Below are positions 52,030-64,000 of a DNA stretch of 64,000 bases, piece by piece. The stretch comes from Phoronis australis (Eukaryota; Animalia; Phoronida). The translations under genes were made by a program, and so were the position numbers. A model generated the notes under the pieces. It was not told where the DNA came from. It saw nothing but the letters and a program-made list of their open reading frames with translations, and did no database searches. Location: contig NMRA01000042.1 in NCBI GenBank assembly GCA_002633005.1, positions 945,153 through 1,009,152 on the forward strand, written 5' to 3'. Within the stretch, counting starts at the first letter, position 1. Every line of letters begins with the position of its first letter.

Positions 52030-54290
52030 CAACTCAGAAAGTGACATGCCGAAGATAGGACAAAAGCTTTGAAGGCTTCAGGAATGCTATCGTCTGCATA
52101 TCGGTGTCCACAGTATGCAGTTCCTCACTCCCTTTTCTCACAGCGTTCACTAACAGCGTCATGCCGTCCTTGTTGTAAGCAAGGACGGCCCCTGCCAGGG
52201 AACTCGCAAACAGACCGTACTTGACATGTGTCTGCCGAATGACCACACTGTCTCACCACCGTCTACTAGTTCTAACAGTGCAAGTGCCAATGCCTCAACT
52301 TCTTCAAAGCCGGGCAGATGGAGGTGTCGAACGGACATTAAAACATCCTGGAGTGCGGGACTTTCCTCTGCAGTGACCGTTTCCGAAGTCGTGAGTGCAG
52401 CATTGGAGCTCACGTGATCAATGGGGTCATCGTAAACCACCACCTCTTCAACCTCTACACCCTCGTCTTCCGACTCGCTCTCGTCTGGCTCTTGGTGCGA
52501 TTGCTCTTCATCCACTGAAATGGCAATTAAAGTATTCTTACGACATACCGTCAAGAGCATGTTGTTACTTACAAAGCAGTGCTATCACTAATTGGCATAG
52601 CTAATTTCTATCGGAAAGTATTAAGTGGCAAATTCAGCTACGCAGCACAGGTCTCCTCACCCTTCTCGACATAATATTCCTTGGATTTGAAGCTGGTAGA
52701 CTGACAGTACGCGTATTCTACGCCTAAGAGTTCCTCCTCTTCTGGGTCGGTGTACTGCTGTGGGTACGGGGGCAGCGAAGTTCGGCTCGAAGAGGTGGCC
52801 CTTCCCGAACAACACCTCAGACTGCTGGTTCAGCCGTTGGATGAGCCTGGGATCAAGGCACGACGTCAATCGGCCCTGACCTCCAGCTACGCGAAGCGAC
52901 TCCATTTGCTGGTTCTACTGTACTGCGAACGCGATGAGGTACACCTGAAACACACGTTAGATACGGCAGCATAGAAGGATGTGTTTTTCCAGCAAATTGA
53001 AATTCATCAATGTACAGCTACAAAGAACAACGTTTAACCACGCACTTATTCTACATCAGATATCCTACTGAGACATGCGTATTTCGTCCCGAAAGACGGT
53101 ATAAAAAGTTGGTTTCATTGCATGTAGCGCACAAGGGAAAGTTTTAAGGAGAAATCTTTCTCTATTAACACGTCTGATGGCCAGACAGGTGTGGTTACCT
53201 GGAACGGTGTAAGACTGCATCGTTGCGATGGCACAGCGTTGTACAAGTGGGACTGGAGACCCTCCAGTCAATTGGTACCCCTTTGACACCTGTACTTCTT
53301 CAGCTCTACGCCGTTAACTGTCACCACTTTAGTACATACGTACAGTTAGATCCCTTGTGGATCCTGGAGGGCAGTTAGAAAAGTTACAAACAAGATTAAA
53401 CCAGTGTCATCACAGAGTGGACAGTTTTCAGAGAACAGATGGCTATACAATAAGCATGGGGTATTGGATTTGTGCTCGACTTGTGGGACAGTGTTATTCT
53501 GACAAGCCGACCACTAGCAATCGAACAATATTTTGCGTACCCACCACGAACACGAGCTTTGAATGACACATCATTATAGTTAATTCTGCTTGCACCAGGA
53601 TAGCCGAATACACTGTGCACTCAAAGGACACCCACCTGCATGCAGCTCAAGTGTTTGCTAGCTGTTGTCCAGTGGCAGTCGACCGCCTCACGGGACTTGA
53701 ACAGCGGAATCCCGTCCACGTCAAGTCCCACAAGTCCCTTGAACTCCTCCAGGATTCGTTCGATTTCACATGCTGTCTCCTGTAAGATTTAACAACATAC
53801 GAACGACTCACTTCAAAGCTTCAGCGCTGGTACAGCATTACTTAAAAAACACTGCACCCATTGAGCAGTAAAAACAATACCGTGATTCTAATGTGGCGAG
53901 TTTACTACAGCTAACTTACTTCTACCCCACGTGTTATTCTCCACACGTAAGACTTAAGCTGATGAGGCTTGATGAAAGGCATCATCTGGTCGTCGCTGTA
54001 GCCTGAGTACAGGTCTTCATTTCCCAGGCGTACTGCTCTGGCAACCTGCAATACGTCACCTTTGTTGTAGGCTAGCAGTGCCCCTGCCATGGCACTCATA
54101 AAGATGCCATATTTCGAGTGGCTCTGCTTGATGACGACCCCATCCCAGCGATGGAGCCAGTGGCGGATGTCCAGCTGAACAACCATTCCCTCCCTGATCC
54201 AGTCTTCAAACAGAGTTTCATACCACGAGGTTCCACCATGCTGGTCGGGCCAGGTTATGTACTTGGATGGGTGACCGCCTGGTTTGCTTT
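52030..54290 (-). pseudogene. Intron-containing DDE-type transposase pseudogene (resembles the DUF6729-associated animal family)
   Basis: Exon-like blocks ~54290-53920, 53779-53636, 53363-53199, 52944-52661 and 52514-~52255 with GT-AG ends. Motifs LDIRHWLHRW, RITRGVE, GLDVDGIPLF, HLSCMQDP, YRCQRGTN*LEGL, FQVYL; several in-frame stops. Confidence 0.65.
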
Positions 54291-55939
54291 TACAATTCTT
54301 TCATTTCGCTTTCAAAGTTTTTTGTTCTCTTTCGTGAGTTTGATTAATTTTTCTTCTAGTGTGCTTATTTTTCTGGCAGCTGTTTGCAGTGCTTTAGACC
54401 ATTTCTTTTTCTTAGTTCAAAGTTTGATTGGCACCCAGTCCCTGTTCTTGTTGTTGAACTTTCAAAGGATGCTCGCTCACCACCGTTGTCGATATTTTCT
54501 TGTTCACTTTGTTTCGATTGTTGTGTACGATTCTTAATGTTTTCCCTACTTTGTCTTTTCCAGATTCTGTTCTCTCTTACTTCACATTGTTTTGCTTCGC
54601 TTAGAGCAGTAATAGAAAGTTTGTGCTGTTTGGTTCGTTGCCTTTCCTTTTTAGAAAATCTCTTAAGAACTGTGTTCTCAAAAAGTGAAGAATGTTGGAG
54701 AAACAAACTTGTTCTGCTGAGGATGATAATGTCTGACCAGGGGAGGCTTTCTTGCCCAAGGATCTGTTGCTCCTGCCTCGTAAATAAAGTTTTCACTTCC
54801 CAAGTTTCTTTCGCAGTAGTGATTAGTGATTTCTGAGGGTTATATAGCGACTGAATGCTCTTGGTACAAAGATCAACCCTGATCCATCTTCAGATAGTGC
54901 TTCTGTCTAATGAAAAATAAAGCGTCATTGTCATCATCACAAACGTGTGAATGAATACGAGTTGCAAACATTACAATTTAATGTGGGTTTCACTTAAGAG
55001 CATACTTCTACATCTAGGTATGATATGATCATTCTTTCCACTGCGTTTGAATCAGTCTTACACATATCTGAAGGCGTGAGTGCAACTGGATTATTAGCAT
55101 TTGACAGTCAGTAAAAATGATATATTAATAATCTTTTTCACAATTTTTAAAGCTATTCTTGAGAAAAAGTCTATTTATACATTGCACTTTATGCCCTGAC
55201 CTAAACTGAACAGAGCGGGGTTGTCAGTATGGTTGCCTTGGCATCTTTTAATGGACAATTAATTTTGAACACTATTTTGGTTCAGCCTATTTGTTAATAA
55301 AAAATTCAAAACCATAGTTTGTATGGAGATATTTCCCAAACTGAACTCTTTATATCGTATTGCCACCTTTCCAAACACTACAAAAATTAACATTTCCCTG
55401 TTAACTTCACTTGATCTTTTAACATTGTTGAGATTGTTTGAAGGAAAACTAAAAACTTGTCTTGGAAGCCAATGTTCTCTTAAATAAGTTAGAACAATGA
55501 ACATTAGCTATTGATGATATTGTAGCGGTGGTATTAAATGCAGCGTTGTGTTTTATGTGTGTGGGGTGGATGACCGCCGGTGTCGACCTGACGGATAGAT
55601 GCTCAGTCGTTTTGAAGTTTGGATATTTAAAAAGCAGGAGTAAAAGGAGATTCGAATTGATTAAAAATACAATCGTCATTCTAATTTATTGATGTTGTCG
55701 AAAATTACAAACAGTAGTTATGAGAAAGAATTTATCAGAGACTATGAAGCAACCCTAAAACTTTTAGACGAAACTATAGTAGACTTACAAGACGTCACTC
55801 ATGTTTTTAAGAGTCTGACTGGAGCGGGTTTCAAACCCCAGACAGCCCGCCAAAACTGCTTGTGCACAGCTTTTTATAACTAAACAAATGCACGTGAGGG
55901 TGAGTCCATGACGTAATGAAACACCCCCTATTAGAAGAG

Positions 55940-56295
55940 TCAATTAATAAAATGGCGCGAAACTTTAACTCTATAATTCACAAAGGGAGAGAGCTCACCC
56001 ATCCTGGCCCACCGCTTCGCTTCCCACACCCTCCGCCAATGGTGCTTTTTGGCGACCTCTTCTTTCCGATAGAGTTCTGAGTGCTGTGCCTTCCTCTGGT
56101 GGTGATGGGTTTGGTGGGCCCTAGGAGACCTGAAACCGCATGAGCAAGTGTGCAAAATAGTAGTGCGGCAGCATGTCGTCTCGTGGTGGATAAGCTGCGA
56201 AACCTGTGTGAATTCTTTACTACAATCTCTGCATCCGTATTGCCTCAAGCTCTTCTCTATGATCTCCTCGTACTCTCCAGCCTCTGGATACAATG
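55940..56295 (-). pseudogene. Zinc-finger-like ORF fragment (CxxC..H and CxC..H..H) joined directly to the truncated Gypsy RT
   Basis: YGCRDCSKEFTQVSQLIHHETTC and HTCSCGFRSPRAHQTHHHQRKAQH. Confidence 0.55.
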
Positions 56296-58504
56296 GCACC
56301 AGCATTGCATAAACCAAATGGCATGATGGTAAATTGATAGTGTTGCCCTCTGTCAGTCACAAACGCCATTTTGGGTTTGTCTTCTTCTGACATGGGGACT
56401 TGCCAGTACTCACTTGCTAAATCTAGCGTGGAGATGTACGACATATTGCCAAGTTGGTCAAGATATGTGTCTATGCGTGGCAGGGGAAAAGCATCTTTTC
56501 TCGTAGCCGAATTGACTTTTCTGAAGTCAATGCAGAACTGCCAATCAGACGGATTTTTACTAGGTTCGTTAAGTCGGGCTGTGTCTTTGTCTTTTCTGAC
56601 AAAGACAATGGGTGATGCCCATGGACTGTTAGTGGGCTCAATCACGCCTGATTTTAACATTTGGTTAATTTCAGCGTCTGCTATTTCACGTTGCATTATA
56701 GGTAACCGTCTAGGGGGTTGCTTTATAGGAGTATGGATACCCGTGTCAATTGTGTGAAAAGCTTTAGCCATGCGTCCTTACTCGCCGTTAGGGCCAGCAA
56801 AGACGTCTGAAAATTCGACTATTAGGGCTGTAACTTGAGCGGCTTGATCGGCATTAAGACCTTTGATCGCGCTCTTATACATGGGTTCTAAATGGCTGGC
56901 CAGTGAACCGTTTTCCAACCCTGAAGGTTTGTTGCGGTCACTAGTCGCTACACCACCCGTACATTTACGGTTCGGACGTAGAGATATCTGTAACCCCTTG
57001 ATAAAAACGAAGTCCTTTTGGGGAAATTTAAATGTTTGACAACTATTTTGTTTCATGAAATCGAGACCCAAAATAATTGGTATGTTGATATCAGCGACAA
57101 GAAAATTGTGTGAAAATTCCAAATTTTCCACACTAAACGAGATTTCGAGGTACCCGAAATCTTTAATCAAGTTTCCACTCGCATCATAAAGCGGACTAGT
57201 ATTTGGACACAGTTCACGGGTATTCAACCCGATTACTTCAAAAATGACGGACATCAACGTACGAGCTGAACCCCCGTAATACAAGGCATCAAATGCTTCA
57301 CCAAAAATATTTACAGTAAGGAAAAGACAGTTAACATTATTTGCATCGAAAGCAGCTGAATCTCTGGTCTCAGACCCAGCCGTTTTCAGTTTAAATTAGG
57401 GTTTTGCCCATTTGCTGCTTGGGATCTCGAGTCGGCCTGACGCTCGGCATTTGCTGAGCGGTTCCTTGAGCGACAGTTGAGAGTAATATGTCCACTCAGG
57501 CCACATGAATGACATATTACAGGTTTTCTCTGTTCTCTATGAACTCTCAACTGATTTTTAGATCATCAACTTCTTTGCGTAATTCGCCATATTGACGCGC
57601 AATTATGCTAGAATCCGCCTTATTTGGCGCGTTCACATTGCATATGCGTTCAGGGTCATAACGTTTACGGTTGCATGGTTGTGTGCTTTCAAAAGCTTCA
57701 AACTCTACTGCCAGTGCAATCGCAGCATCAGTAGATATCGGATGGTTAAATTGGACATGCCTCTGTAAGGCTTTGTCCCCAAGGCCAGCAATAAACTGAT
57801 TAATAACCAAAATTTCTCGGGAAGTGACTTCCAGTTCAGGATGTGCTTGTGTAGCCAGTCGGAGCGCATAACCATAATCGGCAACTGATTCATTTCTGTT
57901 TCGTTTTCGGGATTTAAATTCGCACTTGTATGCTGTAATTCTCTCCGGGGGATTAAATCTCTTTGACAGTGTTTCTCTTAGTAGACGATAATCGGATAGT
58001 TGATGTGGAGTTAGTTCTGACATCACTCACAGGGCAGCGCCTCTTAGGCAAGTCGAGAGTTGTATGGCCCGTTTCATCTTTAGTCCACCCATTCCACCTA
58101 CTAATTATTTCAAACTGCCGAATAAAATCCGTCCAGTCACATGTCTTTCCGTCAAATGAAGAAGTTTGTTTTTGTTTTCTTTTTACAAGTAAATTACTTG
58201 TTTGTGGTACTGAATGCACTGGGCCTTAGCAAATAGTGAGGCCTCACTAACGACTGGCGTACGAATTCGTACCCAGTTCACGTGCAGGACTCGCAGGCAA
58301 TTTATTTTCATGGTTCAACGAGCTGTCTAGAAATGGGTTGGTGTTTGAGACTGCGGTCATTATTTGAGTTTGTTCGGGCATTGGACTTTGATTTGGTGAT
58401 GAAGTTGACATCACTGGCCTTTCACCTTGAAGGTTTTCACCACAGTTTTCGTCAACTTTATGTGGAGTGAAGAACTTAGTCGCAAAACTCCAAAAACGGG
58501 TCAT
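56296..58504 (-). mobile_element. Degenerate Ty3/Gypsy LTR retrotransposon: gag (58504-57386, frameshifted), protease, N-terminal half of RT
   Basis: gag FDGKTCDWTDF..WNGW, RFNP..FKSRKR..ESVADY, QFIAGL; zinc knuckle CHSCGLSGHITLNC; protease ILGLDF; RT HTIDTG, SPWASPIVFV, FCIDFRKVN, DAFPLPRID, LDLASEYWQV, MPFGLCNA. No YxDD, RNase H or integrase. Confidence 0.92.
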
Positions 58505-58649
58505 CGTTTACTTTGAGTCTGACTTATTGATCACAGGTCAAGGACAAGAGTTTATTCACAGACTGATTAATTACTGAGTCATTTTTGTGCAGTTTGGAAT
58601 TTAAAGCTGTTGTGGTTTCAGTTCAGAACTGCGAATAAAAAATATTTGC

Positions 58650-58960
58650 TTAAGCAGTGTGTTCGTTTGAATTACTACCAACTGTTATGTCAATAAAATT
58701 CATAACACTGCGATTCTTACTGTCCTGGTCACAAACAACAATTAAACCAGTGGCCTCAACTTTGTCACAACACAAGATTATATTTTTCAAAGCATATGTA
58801 GAGATAGGACCACACAATCCACTCGCCATGAACACACTCTCATGTCTGACAACATATCTGCTTTTCCTTGTCAGTCCCAAATTCTCAAATCCAGACACAA
58901 TACAAGCTCGCCAATTTCGGATAAAATTAATTACCAGTTTAATTAGAGAGGACAAACCAC
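58650..58960 (-). pseudogene. P-element/THAP9-like transposase fragment
   Basis: GFENLG..RHESVFMASGL..LKNII..TGLIVVCDQDSKNRS resembles the P-transposase RNase H-like core (G.E.LG..A..F..GL..V.CDQG..N). Confidence 0.65.
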
Positions 58961-61130
58961 GTGTCTAATCTTTCTATAATCTACAACAAATAACTTACAA
59001 TATTAATAACCTTACTTTCTAGAATAACATCGTTTCATCTAACTTATAATGCTTATAGTGAGCAGTATCTCCTAAGTATCCATACACCCATCACTAACAT
59101 TTTATAGGCAGTGTGTTGCATGCATTGACCAAAATTTCCATGGCTACCATTCGGATACTGTTTCTTATACTGCAGTCTTTCCATCTCCACAAAGCTTAAT
59201 GTTTATGCATACTGCGTTGAAACCTGTATGTTCAACGATGTACTTTCTTCTTTCATGCTAACTGTCATGGTTAACTTCTTCAAGCGTTGCCGAAAACTTG
59301 GCTACTCTGGCTTCATACTCGTTCTGCAACAACTGTTTGGTGAATCCTAATAGTTTTCTTTCTCGAACTCTTCGGATTCTTCTTCGTCTTTAAATATTTT
59401 TCGAAGTTTTCCGACTCTGGTGAGCAAGTCCTTCACCAAATGCTGCAGTCATGACTTTATGACACTCAGTCCGCTTATTGGGTTCTAAACAGTCACACTC
59501 TTATTTTTGTGTATTCTCCGATGATGGTTTTTGCCGAATCTTTCCTGAACATGCTTTGGAATAGTTGAGTCAAAACCTGTGCAGTTGTTTTTTGACCCCT
59601 CAGGTACTTCCCTCTTAGGTACAGGCAATGTCCTCAGGTAATCAAGCAGGCAATACAGTATCTTTTTCCCTTTTTTAACATTTTATTCTTCAAATATAAC
59701 ATTACCAATGACATTGAAATACAACATTACAAAAATGTTAACAGTAGTTTTGAACTACCGGTAGCTAATTAAGTGTAATGTACACAACACACGTCAGTCG
59801 CCCAGTGCGGGCCACTCTCAGATTAAACTTAAGTGTGCAATGTGTGTATGTAATAATGAATGGTTTCCAAAATCCTTGTTCATTTGGTTTTTTGCTTTGG
59901 ATTATACTCGGCTGTAAAATTTAATTTCTTATTAATTTTTGAAATACATATGTAATACTTTGCATGCAATAGACACCACAGCATACGGTTTCCAAACTTA
60001 AAATCCACTGTAGTTGAATGCAAGATTAATGAACTGCTGGGTGCTGAGAAAACAGTAATTTGATTTTTCTGAGGCCTGCTCAGATGTAGTGGTTGCCACA
60101 TAACAGCTTCGTTCTCCCTTCCATTGCTATCTACAGCATGTTTCAGTACTGTTGTCGTCACTATATCTTCCATTTATTGATGTTTTGAGCACCAGTTCAA
60201 GCATTTCATGAGAAAACAGTATTCTAACTAAATGTACATTATTTTTAGTAGACAATGAGTAATATATTCAATGTAATTCTGGGAAGCAGTATGCTTGTAC
60301 TTGCAGCTTTCGGCTACATTGATCTCTGGTGGTATCCTCGAGTTTGCCACGTTTGCGCTTAACAAAAATCAATCCATGACCTCACCTCCCACGACCCCTA
60401 GTCCAGTGCCCGAAACTGCTTGAAGTGTATGGATTGTTTGACCCGGGCATCTGTTGGCATATGTCGCTGTGCCACATATTATGTGGTCATTAAATCCTCT
60501 GCACGTGAATAGTGACTTGACGTAAACATTAATGTCAATCTCGTCATACTGTTCCAACAGCTGTTACAGTAACAGGTTTTTCTTCAGGGACAGGCACTTA
60601 CTCTGGAGGCTAGGAAGCAAGTTTTTTTTTATTTACTAGTTCAACTTCAACATGCTTTGGTGTCTCAAACATCATCATCTGGACAAGCAATCAGGGCCCT
60701 CTAACTATCTTGACCCACACATCCTGCACAGTGTACAGTAGAGCTATCAGCACCCATCATAGCAACAAAACATCAAAAACCAGTGATGGTGTGCTGTATG
60801 CCAGCAGCTTGTCTAGTTCTTGCTCAAGCCCGTTGATATGATTTGACTCACAGATTGTCAGTAACTAAATGTTCTTTAGTCTAGGTATTAAGATGGCAAT
60901 TAGTTTTACCAATATAGCCGCAACCATAACCAGCACAAATAAATTTTTACACTACCCTGGACTAAGATCATAGGGGTTTTTCCTTAGTAGTGAATAAACT
61001 AGATAATTGTTCGACTTAAATGTTAAATCTCGTTTTATCAATATTCTCACTTACTACCGTAATCGTTCGGGTTAACGCCCATGCTCAGTTAACCGCCCAC
61101 CCCCTACTTTAGGTGAATTTCGATTTAAAC

Positions 61131-61272
61131 TGCGCCGGAGCCAGCCTGCGCCGCCTCCGGCGGCTGGGCCGATGCCCGCCTAAGTGCTGCGCCGGAGCCA
61201 GCCTGCGCCGCCTCCGGCGGCTGGGCCGATGCCCGCCTAAGTGCTGCGCCGGAGCCAGCCTGCGCCGCCTTC
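61131..61272. repeat. GC-rich 57-bp minisatellite, ~2.5 identical copies
   Basis: TGCGCCGGAGCCAGCCTGCGCCGCCTCCGGCGGCTGGGCCGATGCCCGCCTAAGTGC repeated. Confidence 0.92.
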
Positions 61273-64000
61273 GGAAATTGCTCCATACTACTGTTCCGAG
61301 AAATACTTTTTATTGGAATGGCCAACAATGTAAAAAGTTATATTCTGTAAATCACTATTCTTTTTTTCTCCAGAAATTATATATTACAAACTGTTCTAGA
61401 TACTCCTTGTTACATTTTTTTCGTTTATTAAAACCCAGCTCGGATGTATATTTTACTCTATTTAAATTATACAAACTTATTGTAAAGCAAGGGCGGGAAT
61501 CCCATACCTTTGTCATTGCTCAACTGAACTGGGAAAATTAAACAATTTAAAACGACGTATAAAAACGAAAAAATCTCTTTAAACATTTAGATAATTCTGG
61601 TCCCTTCAGATACTTTTAGAGAGTGCGTGGCGCTGAAGATTTGGAATAGGTTAAATGACACTTTCCCGACATTTCACACACGTGATTTCATCACTAATGA
61701 AACATCAAATCGTAGATACTTCTTGGAAATTGTGACCAATGCGTAGAGTTTTTTAGCAAAAATCAAATCGTATTCCATCTAGCAAAGAATCATCTGCCAA
61801 AAATGTAGCCCAGTATACTTTAAAAATGACCCGATTTTTCGAAACATTTTAGTAGACCTACTGATACTCAAAATGACGAAACGCAAGGATGTCATATTTT
61901 GCGTCATTCAGTTCCAGTTCTGCATAGGTACACACAACGACATTCACCAATGCTCTCCATGCATTTTACAGCTAACCAGTTCATTACAAATGTTGATTTA
62001 AGTCCAAATATCATAACATGTTGCTCGATCACAAATTTTGATTAAACTCAAGATATCAAAATGTATCATCTCATATACTTAATTAATGATCACAGAAGAA
62101 AGACGACATCAATAATTAATTTCGCAAAGAAAAGGAACAAAAAGAGAATTAAATTTCTAATCTCATTAAACCTGTCATAATGAGAACGGATTCATCAGTA
62201 ACAATAACAAGGACACTATCTCTACACTTTAATGATGTTTTGGTTCTAAGACAAACTATCAGAACCACTTGGATTGCTTTTAAAGCACTCATTCGTTCAA
62301 AGTTCCAAATTTCAGAAAGAATGAGTTAGATTTCGATGCATGACTCATTCAGTACGAGTATAAGCAAAAACTCGTGCACCCTAAGACAAACGACCTAAGG
62401 AAAAGATAGCTAGTATGTTCTATGGAATACAGTGTGGATAGTACCCTGAAACTTATGTAGGTGAAACTAAGCAGTCCTTGAAAACACCAGGCCCGTAGGA
62501 AGGTAAAAATTATTGAGGGGGCACCGACCCTGGTCGATACGTAACTTCTTATTTCGAAACCACTGCGTTGCACTGGGGTGTATATGTGCGTGAAACTTTG
62601 GTAAAGCGATTGCGATGGCAAAAAATGATAGAAAATACACAAAGGTGCACTTTTGAGATTAAGCAAAGCGGCTGGTGATCTTGATAGCGTACATGTATGA
62701 TCTGGCCTCCTCAGGTAGTAAGTGACGCTGAATGAGAAGTGGTAACTACATGTTTGGCGCGAAAATAAAAAAATCATACTTGTATTGCCAGCCACCCCCC
62801 TCCCTGAATTTTGCACATTCTAATGAGTCACCACTCGAATCGCATAATAATTCTGTGCTCAGCTGTAAGAAAAAATACAATTTTTGAAAGGGTGCTCAGT
62901 CTTAATAAAGTTTCCAGCATGAGAGCGCTTTGATCAGAAATGCCAAGCACACGGAGAGTTGTAAGACAGAGACGTTGGCGTTTCCGTATGTCCACAAAAG
63001 TGTTTTGAGCAGTGTGTACCAATTTGTTCATTTCGCTTTTCTGCACTGACGACTATGGTCAACACGGTGTTTTAACTACACTTTTGAGTGCATTTTCAAA
63101 AATAAATGTTTGGTTGGTGAATTCAGCGAGTCGGTGCCCACGGGCAGGAAAACGTATCTGCGTAAATAAAGAGTTGCGTTTTCAAAACATTCAGAGCATG
63201 AGCTCAAGGACTACCTGAGACAGAAAATAAAACCGATTACCAAACAAAAAATTGTCCAATGAATATATAGCTCTTGGAAAACTGTTACCCCGAAGAAATG
63301 TGCAAAATACGAACGTCGTTTACGAAAGATTGTACCAGAAGTGATTCGTTGCAGTGGAGCCGCACGGGATAGTAAAAACAATGTGCTGAGCACTAGTTAC
63401 CTGAATGGAAAGCTGAAGCAGAAAAACCCAGAACACACATTTTCTATTCAGGAATTGAAATCTCTGTAGAATCAAAAACAATTGGCAACCAGGATTTATT
63501 GCGTTTTGAGAAAACTTATCACGCCCGGAGAGAATTGTTTTCATGCCCGGAGACTACGTGATCACCCATTATGCAATGATGACAATCCAGTGTGTACCTA
63601 TACAGTGGCATCTATTGTAAAACGTGGATTAGACGAAAGAAATTCAACCCCATTTCGAAGATAATATGTCTGTTGTCGGCGAGAGGTAGCCCTTGTTTAG
63701 TATAGTACGGACAGTATCACTTTGAAAGATCAATGCTTGGGGATGGTGACGTGGTGTTCTGGCGTGAAAGTTACTGACATGGTAAGTTTTTGAACCTGAC
63801 TTATTAAATTTTCAGTTCGGTCGTATTTTATTTTGATCCTGAAGTGAAGAATTTTTGGTCCTCACTTGATAAATTATAGGTGCTGATGTGATAAATTTTC
63901 AGTCTTGACGTGGTGAATTTGGTCTTTATTTGCTCTTTGGTCTTCTGTGTGAAAACAATCTCAATGTATTGGATTGTTTTAATTCCTGCTTAAGTAAAAT

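Noticed and set aside
53955-54000. CTGATGA..GAAA hammerhead-like core
   Set aside because: Stem II cannot pair, and it lies antisense within transposase coding sequence.
54300-54700. Charged R/K/E/Q-rich frames resembling a Helitron N-terminus
   Set aside because: Low complexity only; no Rep or helicase motifs.
61113-61541. 142-aa ORF with CAGASLRRLRRLGRCPPK repeats, or a CRISPR-like array
   Set aside because: It is a translation of the 57-bp minisatellite. There are no unique spacers and the context is eukaryotic.
63200-63800. Splice-like signals suggesting the start of another gene at the window end
   Set aside because: No coherent reading frame or recognisable product.

Overview
Eukaryotic, AT-rich genomic DNA with GT-AG introns. 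It is probably from a marine invertebrate animal (inference from the repeat and gene style; the species cannot be determined). Two divergent multi-exon host genes were rebuilt by hand from splice signals: (1) a minus-strand cadherin with signal peptide, 5 cadherin repeats and a TM helix (14 coding exons, 21215->559; the cytoplasmic tail is not found and probably lies left of the window); (2) plus-strand PRMT9 with a TPR-like region and a duplicated methyltransferase fold (10 coding exons, 35936-44975). Introns and the intergenic region hold many non-autonomous DNA elements, several with intact TSDs, plus a tRNA-derived SINE. From about 46.9 to 59.6 kb is a cluster of decayed transposons: a Sola-like DDE transposase, an intron-containing DDE transposase, a deleted Ty3/Gypsy element and a P/THAP9 fragment. 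Two kb-scale tandem duplications centred on single Ns are probably assembly artefacts. I cannot show a wholly new system. The best leads are the Gypsy element with a -1 frameshift cassette and a zinc-finger ORF in the ORF3 position, the spliced transposase, a ~110-bp-arm hairpin next to a PRMT9 acceptor, and repeat-borne CTCF-like motifs next to the cadherin's first coding exon.
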